Positions 11,811-24,235 of a stretch of 64,000 bases of DNA are shown here, in pieces (within the stretch, counting starts at the first letter, position 1; every line of letters begins with the position of its first letter). The stretch lies in NCBI GenBank assembly GCA_010093815.1, contig ML996570.1, one strand, 5' to 3'. This stretch comes from Pseudovirgaria hyperparasitica (taxonomy: Eukaryota). The translations under genes and the position numbers were made by a program. Under the pieces are notes generated by a model, which was given only the letters and a program-made list of their open reading frames with translations, was not told where the DNA came from and searched no databases.

Positions 11811-12763
11811 GGAGTATGATGCACCGCATTGCCGGAATACGCAGTGCGGTAGGAACCATTCAACAGGACTGGCGAATTCAACACGCCTATACAAGCCGAC
11901 ATCAACGTCGGTAAGAAGATCAGGAGTTCAAAGGAGGGGAGTCACGCTCAACGAAGGGACAGAGCAGGGTAAGCCCCGGCTTCAACTGTAAACTGCTCAA
12001 CGTAAACAGACTGGACGATGTCGACATAGCGCGGTCGGGAAATGGCGCATCAGGTATGAATGGAGGCTGTGTAGCAAAACGATGTTTGTGTACGCAAGGA
12101 GATGGAGGATCCTTTTGATCATGGAAAGTCTAGAGAGTAAATACACAAATTCGAAGAACTCGCGCTCCGCATCAGCGAATCTGGAGAAAGTGTACCATCA
12201 AAACTGAATACATAGTACATTTGACGAAGCGCGACCCAAAGAGGACCAGAGATATATCAACTTTTGCGGCTTCCGACAGCTGATCACTTTATATGCAACA
12301 GGTGACGACACACGTGACGTCCTGAGTGATCGGCGCGTGGATGACCTTGCCAGTAGACGGCCCTTCCACGAGTACGAGCGCGTTTGTCGGTGCGACAAAG
12401 TCTCACTTTTCCGCAAACTACTGAACACACGTCTAAAGATCAAAAGACATCCTCAACGCTCGTTTGCCCACGCGCCCTTACGCATTGCTTTTTCCCTCCT
12501 ATATCTCGCCACCAAACATGTCCATGTCGCTATCACACCATCGCCGATCCACAGCGGCAAGGATTAGTCACAGACAAGGCCGCCGCGAGTCGCCTGCATG
12601 ATCTCTTGACTGTGCACATGGCTGGCATGTCTTTCACCATGTCTTCACTATGCTTGCCTGCGTATTCAGCTTGTCTAGGCATCACTCCTGATGTGCTGTT
12701 GGAGTAGTCATAAAGCCGGCCTATGGCACTCAACTCGTTCTGAGCTGCAACACTCTTATCACA

Positions 12764-13945
12764 ATGTCCACTCACGACGGCGAGACGCAGCCTACCAAGG
12801 GGCAGTCTTTGTCGACAGATATCAATACTGCAACTCGGTATGCATACAGGATATATGGGCTTTCATATCAGGTCATGCTAACAGCCTGCTACAGCTCCCA
12901 ACACACACAGCTTAACCGCCTCATAACCTCCCGTCTACCGCTCTGCCTTCCCCCACACGCGGCCTCTCCTACCATCTACGCAACTGGCCTCTCGCACTTC
13001 GCCCACGTCTTCCTCACATTCGAATCACTCTTCCACGACATAGCAGCCCGCAGCTCCGTCTCAAATCCTGCGCTCTCCACCCTTCTCGAAGACCCTTGGG
13101 TGCACGTCCCGACCGCCGTCGACCCTCCAAGCAATGCCCGTCCACCAACACCCACCAATGAGCATGACGAGGACATACAATCCTTTCTCGCTGCCTTACT
13201 TCCACGCGGTATGCCGCGCTCACGGCGGCTCCTCGCTGATCTCACATACCTGACCAAGAAACACCCCGCCGATCTCTCCGCATCGCTCGCACGCTTCCCA
13301 GGCGACGCAGTCGCAGACTTTGTATTACATATCAAAGAGACAGTTGCCTGCAAACCGCATGTGCTCGTTGCATACGCATGGTGTTTCTACATGGCCGTAT
13401 TCTCCGGTGGACGGTGGATCCGTGGCCAACTCACAATGGTCGGCTGCGACTTCTGGCTCTCTACTGACCCTGACTCCCGGTCGAGCACTACCGACTCACA
13501 AAAACCCTCATTCTCCGCTCTTGGCCTCTCCTTCTGGAATTTCGACGGCGACGCCGACGGCGAGGATATCAAGGCGGCTTTCAAAGAACGTCTGGCCAAT
13601 GCCGACGCTCTCATCACTCCCGACGAGCGTGCCGATATTATTGCCGAGGCACAAATAATATTCGGCTTCTGCGAAGATCTAGTCGAGGAGTTAGATGACC
13701 TGCTCAGCACACCGGATGACGCACCAACTCCGGTCGAGCGTGTCGCTGAAGCGTACTTACCACCCATGTCGCCAGTGACAGAGACGCCCTTGAAGACGGA
13801 GGTGAAGAAAAGGGAGACAATACGGGATCGGCTAGATGTGTCTAATCTTGTGACAGCGACGGTGGTGGTTGGTTGCGTGTTATGGTATGCGGTGCATCTG
13901 CTTGGCGCATCGAGAGTGGGCGCTTGGCTGGAGTATGCTCTATGA
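12764..13945 (+). CDS. Heme oxygenase-like protein with C-terminal membrane anchor
   Basis: INTATR-SQHTQLN (proximal His) after removing 57-nt intron 12838-12894; LVAYAWCFYMAVFSGGRWI distal helix; IIAEAQIIF; C-terminal TM. Confidence 0.85.
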   Translation: MSTHDGETQPTKGQSLSTDINTATRYAYRIYGLSYQVMLTACYSSQHTQLNRLITSRLPLCLPPHAASPTIYATGLSHFAHVFLTFESLFHDIAARSSVSNPALSTLLEDPWVHVPTAVDPPSNARPPTPTNEHDEDIQSFLAALLPRGMPRSRRLLADLTYLTKKHPADLSASLARFPGDAVADFVLHIKETVACKPHVLVAYAWCFYMAVFSGGRWIRGQLTMVGCDFWLSTDPDSRSSTTDSQKPSFSALGLSFWNFDGDADGEDIKAAFKERLANADALITPDERADIIAEAQIIFGFCEDLVEELDDLLSTPDDAPTPVERVAEAYLPPMSPVTETPLKTEVKKRETIRDRLDVSNLVTATVVVGCVLWYAVHLLGASRVGAWLEYAL

Positions 13946-14212
13946 GGCCTGGCAATTTGGGCGCGCAATCATATTACTCTTCACGTTTGTTATGGGCATT
14001 GCGCATTCTAGTATTAGACAGATACCCCTATCCGATACTTAATCATGCGCACACTTAGAGAGGCGTTCATTCAATACCATCATATTCATCCTATGTGTAT
14101 TGCTGGTGGTATCAGTAAACGAAGCCCGTGCAATGTCCATCCATCAAAGTATCAATCGCTCTCTATAAACGCCTTGATTAATCATCAACATCGTCCAGTA
14201 CATTATCACATC

Positions 14213-15940
14213 TTACGACTTCGGATCCACACTGCTCTCCCTCAATGGCAAGCCCGGTCCTTCAGGTCTCATCGGAGCCGCTCTACCTTCTAAGCTCAAC
14301 GGCGTTCCGCTTCCAGAGCCTCGATGAGGCGAATTGGTGCCCGTCATCGGCGTTACATACCCGCTCGGTGGCACTGGAATGGAGATACCTTCAGGGCTGC
14401 TCGGGATCAGGTTAGACGAGATGCCCGGGATCTTTATGCGTTTGGCGACGTTGTTGTAGCTTGATGGTATAATCTATGACATGACAGTCAGAATGACAGG
14501 AGACAAAAAGCAGGTGGGGCGGCGAACCTCGATGATTTCATCACGGGGAAATTGCAGTTTGGGAATGTCTGCGGCATTACAAGCCATGAGATAGCCGTAC
14601 AAGACGCGAAGTACGGATTCGTGTGCGACGATGAGGAGGTCGTTCTGCTCGCGCTCGAGCTCGAGGATGATTGGTTCCATGCGGACAGCGAGGTCGTGAT
14701 AGGACTTTGGAATAGGTTAGTTTTTGTTTTATTTAAGATTCTGAAACGCTGTCACGGGGCTGGTGGTTTGTCTTACTTCTGCGCGTGGGTATCGATGGTG
14801 GTACGGATCGGCTTCATGCTTTGTTACTTCGTCGGGGTATTCGAGGCGGATCTTCGCTTCGGAGAGCTTCTCGCATACACCGGGGTTCATCTGGCTCATT
14901 TGGGAGCGCTGGCGTACGCGGTAGCCGCGCTGCTCGAGGGGTGCGGCTGTTTCTGCGGAGCGTCGGCGTGTGGATGTCCATATGGTTAGGGGCTTGAGGA
15001 CAGCGTCCGGGTTGCCTTGGGCGATTAGGGTTTTGTGTTCTTGCTCGCGGTGCTCGAGGAGGGCGGTGGTCATTTTTCGCGAAAAGTCTTTGCCTTCTTC
15101 TGAGAGAGAGCCGTCGGCCTTGTACGAGTCTTCTTCTTTGGTTGTGCCGGCTCGTGCAAAGTATGTTTGCCTGGATTTGATGTGTAGATTCAGTAGGTAG
15201 AAGACTATTCGTTGTGATAAATAACCGAATGCACAGTTGTTTAGCATTACACGTTCACCGGCGTTGATCATCTTGATCCAATGAAGGTCTGGTTCTTCCA
15301 TGGTCTCAAAGTGCGGTATCCTGCTCGATATTCTCTGCAGATAGTCTTTGATAGCATCTTCATCAGACCATCCTACATAATCTGGGGACGAAATCTTGAC
15401 GCTCCGGACATTTTCCTCGATGATTTTCTCGTCAGTACACATAGACTCGATGAATATGGTCTGGATGTTGCGCTTTGCAAATTCCTTGGCGAGCGATCTG
15501 CGTCCGATAGACATGGCATTGACAGCATCATAGATGGCTACCTGGCCGTTTTCGTGTTCCAGAAAGCGGTAGATATCCTCTCTACATTTCTTGAGGATCT
15601 TGTTGCGTAGGAGTACAGACGAAGGGGAAGCGTTTGTGAAGAAGTAGTCGTCTGGAACATCTTTCCCAGGGCCCAGAGTTGCACGTCGATAGTCACCCAG
15701 ATGGAACACGTGAGTCTTCACCCCAAGCCATCTCAAGTAACGAGCTAACGCGACAGAGACGTGAGTCTTTCCGCGAGCAGGAAGGCCGACTGTGGCAATT
15801 GCAATTCTGCCGGAATGAAATAGACGTCCGGACTCTGTACTGTACAACTGCGCGGGTGCCATTTCTTCCTTTTCCGGCAAGTCGTGGATTCCGTCAATCA
15901 TGGTACTGGAACGTCTACGAAATCTGGGCGAGTTCGCCAT
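14213..15940 (-). CDS. 6-phosphofructo-2-kinase/fructose-2,6-bisphosphatase family protein (YLR345W-like branch)
   Basis: VGLPARGKTH P-loop, LGDYRR, YHHRYPRAE, LLIVAHESVLR; two introns near 14708-14776 and 14474-14528; stop at 14213. Confidence 0.92.
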
Positions 15941-16667
15941 GATTTCTGCTGTTCTGTCATGTAATCAGTTTAGGTTTGTTATCTTGCTATGTGGCGATTG
16001 CTAGGTGACAATAGTGTTTGGATGATGTTTGAGGACGCACAGTAGGGTATCCATATTGACTGTTCACGGGTATATCGGCCCGCAGATATGACACAGAGGA
16101 CTTCGAAGATACGCGGAAAAGCTCAAGCAGTTAGTACAGATATGCCTGCGGATCTTGCAACGCAAGTGTCCAACGTTGTTGTGACGAGGAAACGGTCCTT
16201 CGGCGGGGACCCAACGCGGACGGGAAAGCAGGGATGACGCGGGTGTCACTAGATTATTCTTGCTCTTGCTACTCGCTACGTGAATGTCGAACTCATAGTA
16301 GGGAGAAAACCTGTACTCAATGCCGAGCTAACAGTATAGCAGTTGTAAGAGCTTTATTATATCGCCGACGACAGTATCTCAGGCCGCCATAGATTGGCCT
16401 TACTTGGGACGCCGACGCCAAGCTCACGTGAGCCGGGGCAACGCCGGTTCTACGACCGCGTCAAAGCTCTGCGCTGCGCAGCTCCTTACAGAAAAAGTTG
16501 GCTTGACTTTGTCAATATCCGCCCATCTATCGTCCATCTCGTCGTCGTCGCCAACCCGTCAAATTGTACTGCGGTCGTTCTTCTACGCTGTCTCTACCCT
16601 AGCACGAAAGTCTCATTGAAATTCGCCCCGGGACCTTGTGCCACTTCTACCTTACGTCTTCCTCGCC

Positions 16668-17854
16668 ATGGCGCTCGACACGAAAGATGTACCGCTAGTG
16701 ATTCCCCAGCCATCAACCACAGGGGGCATATTTGGAAGAGTCCAAGATGTATATACTGCCTACTCGGAACGAAGGGCTGCATTAGGTCTATCGAACCCAG
16801 GGACAGTGGATAATATCTCGCGAGAGGTGACGAGTGGAGTCTTTCTAAACAACCAGAGCTTCTCTGGTTTGCGCGCCGACATCACCAAAGCATTCAGCGT
16901 ATCGCCTTTGTTTCAAATATCTCATGCCCTCTCCATGGGTTCACAAGGCCTGCCGCCATATGGGTTCACAGCGCTCTTCGGAAACAATAGGGTAAGTGGA
17001 CGCTCATAGCTGGCTTGCATAATCCGGCGCTGATTCTTCGACACAGGTTTTCTGCCAGGCCAATATTGACAACGATTTCGCTCTACAAGCACGTTTCAAT
17101 TATCGCTGGACACCTTCTCAAGTAACAAAGACGAACGTTCAACTGGCCCCCCAAGCTGGTGGTTCCATGATATCCCTTGAGCATGACTTTACTGGTGACG
17201 ACTTTACGGCATCAATAAAGTCCATGAACCCATCGATACTGGATGGGGGGCTGACCGGGATCTTTGTGGGCAGCTATCTTCAATCCATCACTCCTGCTCT
17301 CTCTCTTGGTCTTGAGGGGGTCTGGCAACGTGCGGCTACTACACACGGTCCTGAGGTAGCTCTCTCATATTCTGGAAAATACAAGGGTGAAGACTGGCAG
17401 ATTAGTGCGCAGGTCCTGGGTCAAGGTGCTATTGAAGCAGCGTACTGGAAGAAATTGACCGACAAACTTGAAACTGGTGTGTCTACCAGTCTGCAGTTTG
17501 CTGGTCTGAGTGGCGCGTCCATGATGGGCGGTCCTTCGAAAGAAGGAACTACAACAATCGGCGCCAAGTATGATTTTAGACAGTCACAATTCCGTGCTCA
17601 GATCGATAGCAATGGAAAGGTGTCGGCATTGTTGGAGAAGCGTGTAGCACAATCGGTTCAGGTCACCTTCTTCGGTGAAATTGATCACTACAAGGTACGT
17701 CAAAGATGATTATAATCAAAATTGTACTTCTAAGATATTGACACATTTTTAGCCCGCCCCGAAACTTGGTCTCGCAGTCTCCATCGAAGCTGCCGGCGAA
17801 GAGGTATTGGAACAGCAAGAAAAGCTAGGCGAAGCACCCGCGATCCCCTTCTAA
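16668..17854 (+). CDS. TOM40: Mitochondrial outer membrane translocase channel Tom40
   Basis: LGLSNPGTVDNISREV, FSGLRAD, FQISHALSMG, GAKYDFRQSQFRAQIDS, LLEKRV, C-terminal …PAIPF; introns 16992-17046 and 17695-17752. Confidence 0.97.
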
Positions 17855-18416
17855 ACCACAACAACTATATTCCCGGCGTAATTTTGCCGACAGCGTTTCA
17901 GACATGCGAAATCTTCTGCAATCTGTATTAACAAAAGTCATGCATGGAGAACGCCTTTCGACCACCTCTCAATCGAAACTGGCGTCTCTCCAAAGGATTA
18001 TCTGCATAGAAAGCTATCAATCGAGTTTCTAAGCCGAGACACGAATGTATACGGAAGGGCACCTTTATCTCTTGGATCGAAGTAAGCAAAGCATAATCGT
18101 TCCGCTGTCACGAATGGTGGCTGTATTGATGTGGATGGAACGCGGCGCATGTGTTCAAATGAGTGGGTTGCGTGTGGCCCTTGTAATTGTATATATTGCC
18201 CGTTTTAGATGATGGAACCTTTTCTTCTCTGCAATTGATTGCTTCGAAATTCGTGAATTGTGTGCTATGAGATACGTGCGCGAGTACCGGTACGGTCATG
18301 AGAAGCGACAGAAAATAGTAGTAGTACACATTATCCCAGGCTCAAAAAGATATCCTCATAAGCCACCAGAATCATAAAATATACAAGAAACCTAGTGTCA
18401 GGGTCTCAGCTAACCT

Positions 18417-18987
18417 TTACAAGGATGCCTTTGTTTGCTCCTGGCCCTGCGGCTGAGTCAAAAGCTATCATAACATTAGCAAAACGTCCTTCACTGCATG
18501 ATCAGATCGAATTGTCAACTCACATCGTTCGCGCTCTGCTGCATCTTCATCTCTCGCTCCATCTCTGCCATCTGCTGGTCCTCAGCATAGGCCAGCGCCC
18601 ACGGCACAGCGACCAGGATCGCGCTCGTGCTAATCACCCATAGCGCCTTGCCAGAGTACAGTAGACCGCTCTTCACCCAGTCGGTTGTGGTAGAGACGGT
18701 TGATTGCACTTTGTGGCGGTACGATGGCGGAATAATATCTTGCAAGGCGGCCAGACGTTCGGCAAGGGTTTCGTCGTCGGGTAAGGAGGATGTTACTGAG
18801 GATGTGTCAGAATCTAGGAGGCCTGTTAGTTGAAGGTCCATAGGCGCAAACGCGGAATGTGTGTTAGGAAGCCCGTCGCAGCATATGGGGCCTTACCGTC
18901 ATCGGTGTCCCAGTCGTCCTCGCCGTCCATAGGACCAGTCTGGTCGCGGGAGAACTCCTCATCGAGCACTTCTTCAAGTCTGACCAT
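18417..18987 (-). CDS. TOM22: Mitochondrial import receptor Tom22
   Basis: Acidic N-terminus MVRLEEVLDEE…DDWDTDD, ETLAERLAALQDIIPP, GKALWVISTSAILVAVPWALAYAEDQQ; two introns. Confidence 0.95.
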
Positions 18988-19824
18988 TGTGAAGCTGTGT
19001 GTACGTGATTGGATAGATTGAACAGGTGGAAAGAGGGCGGATGGAGTTGTTTGGGATGGTCGCGAAGTTGGTGCTGGGAAAGTCTCAGTTTGGGAACTTT
19101 TGCAGGAGCTCGGACATATCGTCCCGGGTGAACGTCGGGATCTGGGATCAGGGGACTCTCGCGACGTGTCGTGGCCGTCATTCCCTAATCTCTATAAAGC
19201 TCTTTGAAGATAGTTCCACAAGAGCCTAACTATATGAAACAATCTTGCTGGTAAATGTCTTTTGCGAGACTGGACTGTTATACATGCCCAGGACCTCTGC
19301 GCAAATGTTCCAATGACCTGATCCGGATTCTATAGTCTATATAGCCTTTGCCCACGATCATGTTCATCTCATTCTTGTGTAAATGACGTAGCAGCTTTAT
19401 TTCGTACGGAGAACTGTGCTGGACTTGCTCATATAATGGGTTCTAAAATTCAGCCAGTTTTAGCCAGGCGCAGCACATGAGGTATACCTCCGGGAGCGGG
19501 AATACCGTTCAAAGATGATAGTTTACCTTGCATTTTCTTCCTGCTGATTTCTATCGCGCCGATAATTCCTTGTCTATCCGATTATTAGCGTCACTCATAG
19601 GTGAGTGCCGTGGTTGCAGATGAGTCGTTTCCAAACTCAATACACAAGGCCTGCCTGGTAATTAAGTTGAAGTGGATAATCTCCTCGAAGGACCCAATCA
19701 CAGCTTCCGTTTGAGCCGTTCCCAAAAATCCATATTCCATCCTAGCACATCTACAACCTAAAGTCGCTTTCTCACTTAGTAAACTGCAGGATATTAGTTA
19801 CTCTTTTTTCATGCTCAGTTAAAC

Positions 19825-19937
19825 AGTCCCGTGGCGCAGTGGTAGCGCGTCGTTCTTATATTGGCCGGTTTGATCACCACTAATATGGCTTGTTGCAGGC
19901 AATGCGAATGTCGCGGGTTCAATCCCCGCCGGGACTA
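19825..19937 (+). tRNA. tRNA-Ile(TAT) with 41-nt intron (19861-19901)
   Basis: Acceptor agtcccg/cgggact, D arm gcgc-agtggta-gcgc, anticodon TAT at 19857-19859, T arm gcggg-TTCAATC-cccgc, T-rich terminator downstream. Confidence 0.92.
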
Positions 19938-20284
19938 TTCAGTTTTGTTTTGTCGTTCGTCTACGAACAAGATTCATAGAAATCTACAAAATAATCAATA
20001 AATAAACAAATACGTGATCATTTATTCATTAACTTATTATCATTATCATCATTCCTTGATTGAAATAGTTTTCAATGACTAGACTAGGTACCTGCGATTT
20101 AGTATATGTAGATAGGTAAAAGAAAGGTACTTAAGCACTACTATAGTGATCAGTTATATGATTTATCTATCCATCTCAAAGATAGTAGTATATATACCTA
20201 GAACCATCTAACGAGTCTACTTGCTATAAGAAATAAAGAACCGACCTACTCCCAAGAAGACCGTTACATGTCCTAGTATCATAG

Positions 20285-21667
20285 CTAATCCCATACGTCA
20301 AAGTAATCTGGTATTTGACTTGGACTTCTCATTCCCCGATGGTATCCGTGCTTCGGCCTTCTTGGCCGAATCGTACTCTGACAACGTGGGCATGCCTTCA
20401 AAACACAGCCCGGACACTGTAATAGATACGTCCAAGTTTCGTAACATCTTGGGCATGCTGCACGACCGTGAACTTTTGGCCACCAGCCCCCATGGTCGCA
20501 AAGATTCTTGCGCGTTCTGTCACCGGATAATGCATCTTCCCATGCGAATGATAGCGCCTCGCGGCGTGCTCTTGCCTGCTGCGCTGCGGCTTCTCGGGCG
20601 CGCTCCTCTTGCTGTTTCCGTTCCCTTTCCAAATGTTCCTCCATTCGTTGTTTTTCTCTTTGTCGCAGTTCTCTCAAATACCGGTCAAACAGCTCCTGTT
20701 CTCTCTCGCGCTGTCTCTTCAGTTCCTGTTCTCTCTCGCGCTGTCTCTTCCGTTCCTGTTCTCGGGCTTTGGCCGCTCTTTCTCTTTCTGCATTCTCCCT
20801 TCGTTGTCTCTCGGCGTTCCCTCTCAGCCGAATCCGTTCCTGGATCACCCGGATCCGCTCCTGGTCTGCACTGTCTGCACGATCAAGTTCCCTCTTCAGA
20901 TTGTCCCGTAGATTCTTTTGTTTATCGATCTCTTCTCGTTTCTGCGTCAGCCACCGCTCTTTCAGGTCCTTTTCGACTCTCCGCTCCTGTCTCTGCCTGT
21001 CCTTGCGTGCTTTTTCCTCCTCGCTTTCTACCCTTGCCTTGTACAGTGGGGATAGCAGCCATGTTGTCCAGCCGTTCTTCTGTGCTTCTGCCGCCGCCTC
21101 AGCTGCCGCGATGCTGTTCAAGTATTTAATCTGGGATTCCAGTTGCCGTATGCTCCTTTGTAGCTCGAAGATTACTGAGTCTAGTGCGGAATCCTGCGCC
21201 AACCAGCGTTCTTTGCGTTCTTGCTGGGCCTTCACGTACGAGGCAATCTGCGCAGCTTCACCGCGGGTCTGCGATCGCGAGGTCTGGGCATGCTGTTGTC
21301 CAGAGCCCGTCCGCTTGATCGAGGAGTAATAGAGACTATCGTATTCTGTGCGTTTGCTAGTGTCCTTTAGTGTTTCGTAGGCCTGTCCGAGCTAATTCAA
21401 ATGAATTAGTGTTCTATTTAGCGAAAGGGGTCTTCCTGGATTAGGAAAGCATGGTCTCTTGGAAAAAGCCATGTATAAACAGTGATAAGTTAAGACTTTT
21501 TCGCTTACTAGCTGGAAAGCTTTAGTAGCATCGCCTTTATTGGGGTTTCGATCCGGGTGTAGTTTGAGCGCCAACCTTTTGTAGGCTTTGATTATCACTT
21601 CGATTGACGCAGCCTCGTCGACTTCCAGGATTCTATAATAGTCCTCTGTGACCGGCACCGGAGCCAT
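20285..21667 (-). CDS. DnaJ-domain protein with long charged coiled coil and C-terminal Cys/His-rich zinc-binding domain
   Basis: DYYRILEV…KLHPDRN J-domain exon 21667-~21509, intron to ~21391, then R/E/Q-rich coil and CDH…CPRC…CPGC…CPRC. Confidence 0.88.
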
Positions 21668-22305
21668 ATTCGCATGAAAAACTTAGGCACAGATTTGATT
21701 TTTGATATATATATATATATCAGAGGCTCTGACAAACACGCAAGTGGGAATGTGAAGACGCAGCCTATTATATCATTATGTGGTCTTCCAATCAAAACTT
21801 GCTTTTTTTTTCCTTGGCCCGGCCCTGTTCTGGATGTGTTATTATTGCATGGATACCAACTAATATCGCAAGGATGTAAAGCGTTCAATAATATTTACAT
21901 CGAAGCGAGCAAAGTGTGGCCCGTTTGCCATGGGCGAGCTGAACTTTTATTCCGACTTTCTTTTGGCGGTCTGTATAGTGCCTTGTGCTACCACTTGTCG
22001 TTCCCCAAAGGAAGCCACTGAGCTGCGATGTACTTTGGGTCAGCATACCGAAGAGACCATGATTTCAAGAATTCTGGAGTGTAGTATATCGCTTGTTACG
22101 TTATTCAGCTGGCTGTCTATCCTGTTTGTGAATGGCTTAGAGCGTGGATGAGCATTGTGCATGTTGGTCATCGAACAGTACCCAGGTGTGCGACATTGAT
22201 TTGCATGGAGGATATAAAAAACACTAGGCCCCGCATGCAGGACATCAAGTAAACAATGCCAAAGTATAGGTAAACAATAGCCGCGCATAGGTCAAGACCA
22301 CCCAG

Positions 22306-23256
22306 TTACTCCTTCTTGCTCCCAATATGCAGCTTCTCCTTGAGCTTGGCCAGCTTGCTAACCTTCTCCTTGCCAGACGGGGACGGTGATGTTGCAGTCT
22401 CTTTCTTGGCTGCGCAGTTTGATTAGCACTTCAGTCGGACCGAACCTCGCAAGCAGAAGTTGCGGCATTGGAAGAACTCACCATCCTTACTGGTATCCAA
22501 CGGCTCCTTGTTTAATGGCTCAGTTACCCCTGAGCCAGGCTCCTTCTGCGCAATAGTCTTCGCTGGCGGCTCGACCGTTGGGTTGGCTTCCTTTCTATCG
22601 TCTCCAGCGTCTGGCTTGTCTGCATGGAAATGAGTTTCCGGGGCGTTCGACTTGTGAGCGAGGATGCCAGTGGGGTCAGCTTCAGGGTGTTGCTTGCTGC
22701 CTTCTTTGGGCTTGCTATCAGTCTTCTCCTCGGTATCTTCCTTGGGGGTCTCTTCGGTCTCTTTAACGGCTGGTATATCGGCGGAGGTGTCCTTGGTGGG
22801 TTCTGCGGCGCCGGTATCTTTGGCAGCTACGCTCTTGGTCGTGTAGTCATCAGTGGAGGATGTTGTTGGGTTTGCTTCGGCAGCTTTGTTGAAGTGGTCG
22901 TCGGAGGCAGGTTCTACAGCTCCAGTCAGTATGTCTCCTCGGTGAACCCTCTCCCGAAACTCCATGCTAGCAGTATACAGAATGAAAACACGGCGGCAGT
23001 CCGCACTCGTAGCCATACCAAGCACGTTGACAAGATATGCTTGAATGCTCGCAACAGCACCATCGGCGTCGCTGTTGCTGGCTCGCCCGCCGGGCGGAAT
23101 ATGCTCACCAGCATTGCCCTTGTCAAAGGGTTCCCCTACACCTCCTTGCTCACCATTCTTAGGCTCAATGCCTGACTGTTGCTGGGTACCTTCTCCAAAA
23201 ACCATTTTGCTGGCTGTGGTCACTGCTGCATTTGCGGCGTTCGTGATGGTCTCCAT
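22306..23256 (-). CDS. Small hydrophilic (hydrophilin-like) fungal protein
   Basis: METITNAANAAVTTASKMVFG…EPFDKGN start; introns 22914-23108 and ~22410-22481; ends KEKVSKLAKLKEKLHIGSKKE*. Confidence 0.75.
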
Positions 23257-24235
23257 GTTGGGCTGGCGGGGTATCGGGGATATAATATAACACGCGGACT
23301 GCGGGAAGAGTGTAGCTCGCAACGGGGATACGGCTTAGATTCTCAAGTTGATCGCGATCCACCGGGGTACGACAGTTTGAATATGTAGGCAGCAATGGAC
23401 GTGTAATGCCAGCAATTAAGGAGGGGTGAGCGGCTAAGGGATTGAGGCACGAGGACTGCGGCGAGATAGTGAAGACTTATAAAGCGAGTTGACCGGGAGG
23501 CAATCTGGGAAGCGGAAGCGCCCCCAATAGCCAACCTTCTGACCATAGAGGGATGTATTACGTAGCCGCCGGGTCGCTGTAGCTGTTTGCCCTATGTTCC
23601 TTAGTTAGGGAAGGGAGGTAGAAGCCGCCAGCGACAGCAAGAAACAGATTAGCACGGCCTGTTGGACAGGCTGCAGTGTGTAATCTCTGACTGGTCTGCT
23701 CCCTGCCTGTCTGTCTTCTGGGATCTGGTTCTGCGTCAGATGCATCGTTGGCACATGGTCACGCACATGGTTTATCCGGGCGTGGGATCTGAGGTGTATC
23801 GAAATGACGTAGTGAGCCGGGTGCGGGGCGGCCGCGTAAACAACTTGCAGCGCGCTAGACGTAGGCATCTAACATCCGAACTACTTGTCATGCCGCTAAC
23901 TCGCGATTCTGCTGGTACGCCTGGTAGCGTGCCGATAAGCAAAGGTGATTAAACGTTTCGAATAGGCCCAATTACTAAATTACGACCTGTCAGGAGCGGC
24001 GTACGGCCACAAAGATTATATACACGCACGCGCCTCTTGCGATCCCTGGAATTGACTTAGCAGACTAAGACCGATATCCTCCACAGACAGATATTTTTAC
24101 TCAAGGTAGCCCAAGCTGAAAATGCGTTAAAGGGATACACGAATAGAAAAAAGAGCTTACCATACAAGAATCGGTAAGGGCGTAGAGAATGCATTGATGT
24201 TACTCAACTGACGACAGGTTGGGAAAATGTTCATA

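Noticed and set aside
20320..21329. Long + strand ORFs of 269 and 273 aa
   Set aside because: Antisense shadows of the low-complexity DnaJ coiled-coil exon
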